A stretch of 64,000 nucleotides of DNA from Chrysomallon squamiferum. Taxonomy: Eukaryota; Animalia; Mollusca. The position numbers and the translations under genes were made by a program. The stretch spans positions 29,202,001 through 29,266,000 of the forward strand of contig CM022673.1 of assembly GCA_012295275.1 (NCBI GenBank). The letters run 5' to 3'. The notes beneath the pieces were generated by a model that saw nothing but the letters and a program-made list of their open reading frames with translations, did no database searches and was not told where the DNA came from. Below, in pieces: positions 54,705 through 64,000 of this stretch (positions within the stretch are counted from its first letter, which is position 1; every line of letters begins with the position of its first letter).

Positions 54705-56775
54705 TTTTTATTTGTTGTTGTTTTTTCTTTGTTTATCTCATTCTACTTTGTCTTAGTTTTCATTCTTTCATTTTATCCTTTTATCCTTTCATTTCTTCTT
54801 TATAACTCCTCCTCCTTTTACTTAATTTTTTTTTCACCTTTCATTTGATAAATTTAAATTTTATAGATTGTCGTTAGCAGATTTATCACGTGAACATTTC
54901 CTCTACGTGCAGCTATTTAAAAACATTTGAACGTGAAATGCGAAGTAACTCAAAATACGCTGTCCCGTAACTAAGTCTGAATTGTCCTCGTTTTCGTTAA
55001 CGTCCTTTCCTCAACTTTTCAAAATACGCGTGGGCGTAGCCATTCATCCAGCACCTCACATCGTTTGAGCAGTGTGTCCTGTGTTATCGTTAAATAAACA
55101 TTCTTTTAAAACTCTTTCAAGATAACTTAATTTTCCGTCACTTAATTCTGGACCGACATACGAACGCCGTGCTTAAAAACTGTTTGCTTTATGAAATATT
55201 TAGTTTGGAAGACTCTTTAATTTCATTTCGACGTACGCAAATACCGTTAGGGGCATGGTTATCCGATTATCCGGGACTTTGAGGAAAACACCAGTAACAG
55301 ACGAATTTCTATTTGACAAACATTCAAACTGCACAGATGACAGACTGTATAGCGGCAGAGAATCCGTTTAAGACTGGATAATGTATATTTCATTGATTCT
55401 TTACTGACTTAACGGATAATAATATTTATAGTACCTGAATTCTCTGTTATTTATTTATTTTTTATAACGTTATTTTGAATATACAGTTTTTTTAATAATA
55501 TATCGTTTCAAGTTAATTCTATAAAAGAAATGAAAAAAATAATGATATCATGCATATTTTATAGTGAAATATCTGTATCTGAATTAACCAGCAAAACAGA
55601 AGAATCGCCAGTTATATAGCTTAAACCAAGCTCTAAATAAAATATAAAAATAATTGAAACTTCAATATTACTTAAATAAATTACTTGAGTTTTGACAGGT
55701 AACGATTCTTACATACATAATAAATAAATGTCAGCGTTTACTTCGACTGAATCCCAGATAATTATTCTTTAAAATGTTTTTCGAATCAATAATATTAAAT
55801 GTTTTTTTTTTTTTTTTTTCTTATTTTTCTTATGTTAGGTATATGTTTCATTAAATGGTATTTAAACATCTTTCACCGCATGACAACAATCCAGATCTTA
55901 AAAACACAAAAAACGATTAATGTATAAATAGCAGAGTACACGCTTCTCTGCCTGTGGGAATCAATGCAGCTGCAGTGCAAAAATCGTGGTACGTGCTCTC
56001 CTGTCTATGAGTCGGTACGTCGGTAAGAGTAACCCATTTAGCGTCTCTCATATCGTTATCACTTAATTAATTCAGATGGTGAACGTACTGATGAATCTTT
56101 AAGGCAGTAATTCTTTCATTCAGAAATCTAATTCAGATTAACATAAATACATTTTATAGCTGAAATCCAAAGTTCAATACTGCTGAGTAAAAAAAAACGA
56201 AAAAAAAAAATATATATATTGTATTTAAATATAATTATAAACTGATTTACTGAAATATAATTATAAGCTGCTGTATTTAAATATATAATTATAGGGTATG
56301 ATGTACACGAGATATTAGTCACACACACTAACAAGTTACAGGAAAACAAGCAAGCAGTAATGTAACTCACTGAATATGTTAAAGTTCAAACTGAGCGAGT
56401 CTGTCTTAGCTGTTGACGTGAAGCACTTTACCATTCGTCAGGCGAAACGACTTAGTAAATTATGGTTGGTTTTGTTAATGCGATTTTTTTAATTACTTTT
56501 TTTTTTTTAAATCGTCTTTTTATTGTGTTTTGGTGACAAAAAAGATATAAAAGCAACACATTGTACAAATAATTCAATATTTATTCAGGTAACATACATA
56601 TTGTTTATGTTGAATTTGACGTGGGTTTTTTTTTTTTTTTTTTTTTTTTTTTCTTCTAGTAGCTGTATTATGTGGTTTTAAGCGGAGGCAGTTAAAACAA
56701 AACAAAAAATCAAACATTCTACAAAAACCGCATGTTAGGTTGTTAGTTTAGAAAAACTGCGTTTGAAAACAATAT

Positions 56776-56980
56776 TTGATATAAGACGGAAAATCAGATG
56801 TTCATTTATCATGCAACAGAAACATTAAACAAAGCGACACTTTGGGATATTACATATACGCTAAAATAAAATAATTTAAACACTTTACACTTGCTGCCTG
56901 TGTTAGTGTATAAACGTGCTTAGTGATGTTAGTATAAAAACTCTGCATGCAAGCCAGACATCTGACTAGTAAACTTTAAA
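56776..56980 (+). repeat. 205-bp inverted repeat, left arm
   Basis: Reverse complement of 60272-60476, with 4 substitutions and no indels by manual alignment. Confidence 0.96.
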
Positions 56981-57039
56981 GAAAGGGAAGGAATAACGCT
57001 CTCAGTACGTGATTAATATAAGCTTTAATCGTGCAGAAC

Positions 57040-57230
57040 GACACTGGAAACAAGAAAGGAAACCACTGCCGAAGCGCTCTGGGATTTTCTTCTTTTTAAT
57101 TTTACATCAGTCTTGGTATGGTTTGCAAAGAACATATCCACGGTGTTTAGTAAATCATTTAGGAGCACTGTCTGGAACGGAAAATAACCCAAATGGTGCA
57201 CTGTGGAAGATTGATCCTGCCGTATGTTAA
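57040..57230 (-). mobile_element. Decayed Deu/Nin-like SINE copy
   Basis: aggaaaccactgccg...acatatccacgg...ggagcactgtctggaacggaaaataacccaaatgg...gattgatcc is collinear with the other copies; explains ORF 57009..57230. Confidence 0.6.
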
Positions 57231-60200
57231 GTGTGAGGATTTTAAATAAATGAAAGCTGATGTTGGTTTTGAGATTTTTTTTTTTAACTCTGTTTGTGTA
57301 TGCGTGTGTGTGTACAAATATATTTACATGTGTGTTTGTACATACACACGCACACACACATACACATAAAGTAAAATATTAACTGTGAAAATACTAAGCG
57401 GATATTACTTTTAATTAAATTTACACCCCGCACTGAACATGATAGCACATACCAAACGGTTTCGTAAATGACGATATTCAACAGAAACGAAACCGATCGA
57501 TCAAACTGAACGTACGTAGGAACTGCACGATATTAACAGATTGTGTTTGTAATGAGTTTGGTTATCAGAGCAATGTCTTGGTGTATCCTGTTACAGTGGC
57601 TGCAGATTATACTAAAATTTATTTTTGACTTTTAATTTCCTTTTCAGATTAAATTTGGTTATTTATTTTATTTCAATTTCGTCTAGGTTTTATTTTATCG
57701 TTTTCTCTCTCTTCGGGTTTTTCTTTTACTTTTTTTTATTATTATTATTATTTTTATTATATTTTATTTTAATTTTTTTTTTTTTTTTTTTAGTCTTTAT
57801 TATTTTTATTTATTTATTTCCTTAATAGACTTTCGAGCTGACGCAGTTTTTGTGCAAACATGTTAGACATGTGGTATTTATCAATTTTTACAAAGAATAT
57901 CTGATAACAGTGTTTTATTGTGACTGTAGCTTCAAGCTGTCTTACATGAATGTACACTAAATCATTTGCTTTTTGTGCTTTGTTTAAGTATTTCTGTTGA
58001 AAGTGCATGTTTTATTAACGCCTTTTATTTCGTTTCGAAGTGCACGTACATATGTTTGACAAGATACGATTAGTATTTTCTCATAAATACTATTTTTGTT
58101 GAAGGATTGTGCAACAAAAGACTGCAAGAGACAATAAACCTTTGTTTATTATGTTCTGATAATGTTATCTAGTGAAAGAATCTGTTTATTGTGTTATTTG
58201 ATAGGTTTTGTTCAAAATACAGGTACACCATATTACCTGAATCTTGTGAACTGTTTCTGTTGAAAACAGACGCTTACTGCGTTTTGTTAACCAGTTCTGT
58301 TGTAGGGTGAGGTGTGATTAGCGTGTCCTGCTATCGCTTCTGTTCACAATTTACTTTTTATACAGCATCTGTGTTTTCCTGTCATTTCAGTTCAGAAACC
58401 ACGCATACTACGACTTCTATCATCGTTTACTACGGCTGCTGTTTAAAATCCATATACTTCTAAAACATCTGTTGTCTTCGGCTATCATTTCTGTTCAGTA
58501 TCCACGTACACTGCAACATCTATCGTGTTTTGCTGTCGTTTATCTTACTATTTCATATCAAAGACAACTTGTCTCTAGTCAACTCTCTAGTCAACCGTTT
58601 CTCTTCAGAGATTTTTGTAAAGATTCTTTCGTACAGCTGATGGTAGTTAGGATAACAAACCAATACCGTATAGATTTTATCGAGATGACATTTATCGATG
58701 AATTTTGTTTTCTGTGATTAAATATGAACTGTTGACCAAAGATACTGCATAGTTCATCCAGTTCTTGCAAATCCCTCGGGATGCAGCAACTGAAAGCAAA
58801 TCATGAATAAATATTATGAATTTGTTACCGATTTAAGTTCATTTCCCTTGGTTATGTTTTGTTCAGTATTTTTATAAGGATGTCTGTATTTTCTTGGAAT
58901 GTTCTGAGTGTGTCTAAGCATTTACATACTTTTTTTATTTAATATCAACAATATCATCATCATCGTCACCGTCATCATCATTGTCATCATTATTACTATT
59001 GTTGTTATATTATTATTATTACTATTGTTGTTACTAATGTTGTTACCAGCTTAACTTGTAAATACGAAGAACAAAAACAATTCGTAATTAATTTCAAATG
59101 TTTACAAAAAAGAAAAGTAAGGAATGCGAGAACAAGATGTATTCAGTGTTAAAAGAAATAACAACAAAAAAGAACAGATAATAAAAACATCACTTTGGGT
59201 ATTTGGAAGACTAAAGCTATCAGTGGTTTCAAACGATCAGGTGCGTTCTCGAGTCTTGACGGAAAGCAGCGAAAATAGCGCAGCGTAAACAAACAGAGTC
59301 TGTCAAAGATATAACAACATTATCCCGTGAACGCTAAATGACCAAAATAAAGTACAATTAACCCTGCCTCGGCGTTAAACCCCGCGTATAATGTGGTTAG
59401 GTGATGCAAGAACCATGCTGATAATGGATAAACAAGTTTCAGTCAGCTCTAGCGGCGACGTAAAGTAGTTTTTATGTCAGACACAGAATTTGTCGCAAAG
59501 AACTCCGAAGCCGCGCGCAGTCGTCAAAACACGGCGAACTCTCTCTTGCTGGAATGTTGATGATGATGATTGTAATGAAGACTTGTGGCCTAAAGGTTTT
59601 TGGGGTTTTTTTTAAAAATATTCTTTTTCTTTCTTTCTTTTTTTTTTTTTTTTTTTTCTATCTGTCATGACCTTCTTGTTCTTCTGTTTTTGCTGTTTAT
59701 CGCTGTTGTAAAAGTGCTGTCTTCAGCGCTTGCTTTTCTCCTAATTAGACGGTTTGAGATTCTGATTGAAATGTCAAGTGCTGATCAAAGTTGGGATAAT
59801 TATATAATTAAGACAGTGGTTGAAATATAACTACAACTGTATTCATTGTTAAATATTTATGGTCACGTATATATGTGGGACTGGAAGTCTCTTTGAAAAG
59901 CTAAAGATGGTTGTGTTCACAGAAAATTAAACTCTATGTTCAGACGATTTCTGCTGTTGTATTCTACCTTATTGTTTGTTAAATCAGTTTCTTCGTCTTC
60001 AGTCAAAACACGGTTAAGGAAAGAATGATGATGCAGACAGATTAAAAATGACAAAGATAATGACGATGATCATCATCATCATAATCATGTCGAATATGAT
60101 AATTATACGTAGGTAACGACAACAATGATGATGATGGCAGATGTACATTGCGAAGAAAACGTAAAAGAAAATCGTCTCCTTTAACTTGAAAATGAAAAAA

Positions 60201-60271
60201 ACGTAGAGTGGTTTCCGAGTATTCCAGTAACATAGATTTAAATGGGACAAAATAGTTTGAGTTTTTTTTAA

Positions 60272-60476
60272 TTTAAAGTTTACTAGTCAGATGTTTGGCT
60301 TGAATGGAGAGTTTTTATACTAACATTACTAAGCACGTTTATACACTAACACAGGCAGCAAGTGTAAAGTGTTTAAATTATTTTATTTTAGCGTATATGT
60401 AATATCCCAAAGTGTCGCTTTGTTTAATGTTTCTGTTGCATGATAAATGAACATCTGATTTTCCGTCTTATATCAA
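60272..60476 (-). repeat. 205-bp inverted repeat, right arm
   Basis: Reverse complement of 56776-56980. Confidence 0.96.
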
Positions 60477-61695
60477 GCAAATAGAATGAACAGAAATAAA
60501 AATATTTAAAAAAAATAAAATATACATATATGTATTGTATGTATCTATGAAGCCTGGAGAAGAATGAAATCAAAGATTCAAAGCATATTAATGTAATCTG
60601 TAAATACATGAAAACTGCTTTATCATTTTAACCTACTTCAATCTGAATCAATGAACTGCGCATACACATGTAAACAGGGATGAGATCAATGCATCAAAGA
60701 CTTCGATCAGAAACCAGCCGTACCTAAACCCACTGCCCACGAGACGGCGGTCGCGTGCTTCTCTGCTTGCTTTTTTTTTTTTTTTTTTTTTCTCCACGAA
60801 GAGCAAAGCATCGAGGTTTTGACATGCCACAAAATAACGTCGACCAAAGTAGCTCGGAGCACTTAACATAATGGACTTACAATAACACAGTCCAGGAACG
60901 ATGATGTGTTTAACATATTCACCTGACAGTCACTCGTTTCTGAGGTAACGTTCACGAAATGCTGGTATTTCTCACTAAAGATCCATTATGTTATCACTGG
61001 ACGTTTTAACTCGGAAGAACCAGATTCCGCAGTTTAACAGCGTTACATTTTGTTTCCGAGAATTAACCGACATTCTGATGGTAAGAGCCAGATTTTTTTT
61101 TTTTTTTTTTGCTGCATTCTTGACAGTTTTCTCTTTTTTTTCTATTCATTTTTTTAATTATAATGTTTGGGGTTTTTTGTCAGTTTTTCTTTTCTTTATT
61201 TTCTTTATTTTATTTTTATTTTATTTTATTTTTTATTTTTATTTTTATTTTTTTATATATATTATAAATTTGTTCCCGTATTTTGTATTGCTATATTTTT
61301 CTTTACCTCTGTTCACTTTTGGCTCTTATTTTTGTTTCGTTTTATATTTATATTTATTTTTATATAATTCATTTTTCTTTCTTTTCCTTTATATATACAT
61401 TTCTATATATATCGTTATGATTGTTTCTTTGTGCATGGTCATGAAGGTCGAAAGAGTTACTGAGAAAATTTATTTAATCCGTTTTCTAAAATATTCTTCA
61501 GCTGTTTGTAATACATCTTTTAACAGAAAGATAAATATTAATTTAAAACATCATTTGAAATGACACTGTTGAAGTCACTAATCAATCAAATAATTTTTCG
61601 CAACTTATTTCCTATCCTATATAATACTTCACCTGCAAATTTCGGTAATTAATTCTAGAAATACTTCGTCTTGAATAAAACTAATTTTTCAAAAC

Positions 61696-61696
61696 A

Positions 61697-61771
<75 letters not shown>

Positions 61772-61852
61772 TACATATACATACACACAAACACATACAG
61801 AGACACAGACACATACATATACATACACACATACACACACACAATACATACA
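61696..61852. repeat. (CA)n compound microsatellite
   Basis: Direct reading. Confidence 0.95.
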
Positions 61853-64000
61853 CGTGTGTATATATTTCTTAATTATTGATTAGAAGCACCTTGTCGTTTT
61901 AAAGCTTTGTAGAAAGATACATTTCATTCTTTGATGAACGTGGATAAAATATAAATGACTAAATAATCTGTGGGGATCTACAAATCTGTTTATCACACAG
62001 TATGAAGAAAAATCCTTTTTTGTCACCACATTAACATAAGCTTTGCTGGAATCGTCGCGTAGATATGAGAAGTCTGATATTAACGACAAACAGCAGCGTG
62101 AAGTAAAGATAATATGTTAATGTTAACACAAAAGTATGGGAATCTTCCACATTGACTGTCTGCCTCTGTCTGCTAATGATCCAACATGTCATCTACACAA
62201 TACAGAAATCATCGGAGAATTTCTATTTATTGATATTTATTACGAATACCAGAATACACTTTGTGGCAGAAAAAAAAAAAAAAAAAAAAGGTGTTTTATA
62301 TTAGTGGAATAAATCTTCATATTCTAGAAAAACAAGAGACAGAAGAATCATGAAAGTTTCTTATTGTCAGAAATATCATCATAAGACGTTCATTTCTCAA
62401 TCTGGAGTTCACAGGATCGATCCTTCTCGGGGAATCTAACTTTTTATTTCGCATTCTGTTAGATGATGAGTTGAATATATAGTAATGTAATAATAAGAAG
62501 ATACAACAACAATTATGATTAATTTGTAAACAAGGACGTCTTGTGTAAAAAAAAAAATTAAATCCCTTTCGTATATTAAAGTTTTTGATGGATTAATAGC
62601 AAACAAGACCTCCTGTTGGTCAGTATATCATTAACCAATTTTTTCTCTTTTTTTTGTGATGTTTATTCTGTACATGAATGTATTTATATACATATGAATA
62701 ACAACACAAAATCGTTGCGATAAGAATGTTCATCAGATGTGAATTTATAGCGAATGGTTCTCAAAATTTTACATGGTTTTCTCCCAAATAATAAACCCTG
62801 CCTGTTTACTACCATACACTGTAATTTTCTATATACACACGCAGATACGCACACATCCGCCCACACAACTCTTACAAGTAACAACATATCATCAAGAAAG
62901 AGCTGCACCAGTCTTCAAAGCGCAGATATAAATTATCTTTTATCTTTGGAAGAAATCAACAACAGGAGACATGATCTTCATTAATAACTGCTAAAAAAAA
63001 ACACCTGAAAATTCAGAAATAGACCGCTAATTATAACCTAGCACAGAAAGAAGTGTTAAAGAAAAATATAATCGAATTTGGTTATAGTAGGCAAAGGGAA
63101 GATGCAATAGATTTTTGTCTTGATATTTCGTTGAACGTGTTTGATGGAGAAATTTCAGGCGGTGGACGCAGTGTGAATGTTGGTGGTCTTTCACAGATCA
63201 GTATTTTTAGTTTTCCACGCAAAATCCGATCAGATCGGTTGTAATGACAGTTAACCGCTTCGCTTTCTCTCTCGTTTTCAGTTAGATCCTTTCGTTGTGA
63301 AATCAGTTAGGCGGAAGGAAAGACACGTTTTTTGTAAAGAAATTTTATATATATATATATATATTGTTTGTTTTATTTCTGTTTTAGCGCTTAAACGAAC
63401 AAACTGAGTGCGAATGTCTTCCTTGATGATTACACTATGTTAAATATTTTAATAAGGTAATGAGAATTATTATTTATTTAATACAAACACAAACACACAC
63501 TCACACACATACACACACACCTATATACAGATAGATAGAAATGGATACAGACAGATGGATGGATGGATGGTGGATGGATAGATAAAAATATATATTAAAA
63601 AGATAGATATATACATACAGACAGACTGACAAACAGACAGTTAGGAAAATGGCAAAAGCATACATCATACATACACAGATTTAGACGCACATACATACAT
63701 ACATACATACATACATACGTAAGCACGTAACTTGGATTTCTGAGTTCACTAAAACGATTTCATTTACCATTAACCTAATACGAATAAATCTGCACAAATT
63801 GGGTTTGGTCAAATCCTGAGAAAAGAACAGGTTTATATATTAATTAACTATGCACGTGCTAGCACGCAATTTTTACTTTTTGAAAAATGTTGTCGTTTCC
63901 AAAAAATAATTGGAAATCCAGAAATTACATGAAATAGAAGCAACCTTTCGAAAGTTTGATAAACAAAATAAAAACTGTAGTGGTTGATGTAGTACACTAT

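Noticed and set aside
56950-56970. Helitron-like 3' end (CTAGT) in the inverted-repeat arm
   Set aside because: Arm identity continues past CTAG and there is no GC-rich subterminal hairpin.

Overview
AT-rich eukaryotic DNA with a very high density of microsatellites. I see no intact protein-coding gene, rRNA, tRNA gene or CRISPR array, and almost all ORFs in the track are translations of simple repeats or chance ORFs. The window reads as intergenic or large-intron sequence from an animal; the SINE content suggests a mollusc, probably a gastropod (inference). Supportable features: (1) a frameshifted pogo/Tigger transposase relic on the minus strand (~23.3-24.3 kb); (2) a TA-flanked Tigger-type MITE (38418-38871); (3) several decayed tRNA-derived SINE copies resembling the Deu/Nin-domain type; (4) minisatellites with 66, 32, ~34, 15 and 16 bp units; (5) a ~98% identical 205-bp inverted repeat pair (56776-56980 and 60272-60476) enclosing 3.3 kb; (6) an older direct duplication (33.4 and 35.1 kb); (7) a frameshifted protein relic at 27.6-28.0 kb that may come from a Polinton/Maverick; (8) CpG-richer blocks carrying RFX, YY1, ETS and E-box motifs. 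I did not find a convincing new biological system. The best leads are the long inverted repeat and the possible Polinton-like relic. Family assignments are from memory of consensus motifs, not from database searches.
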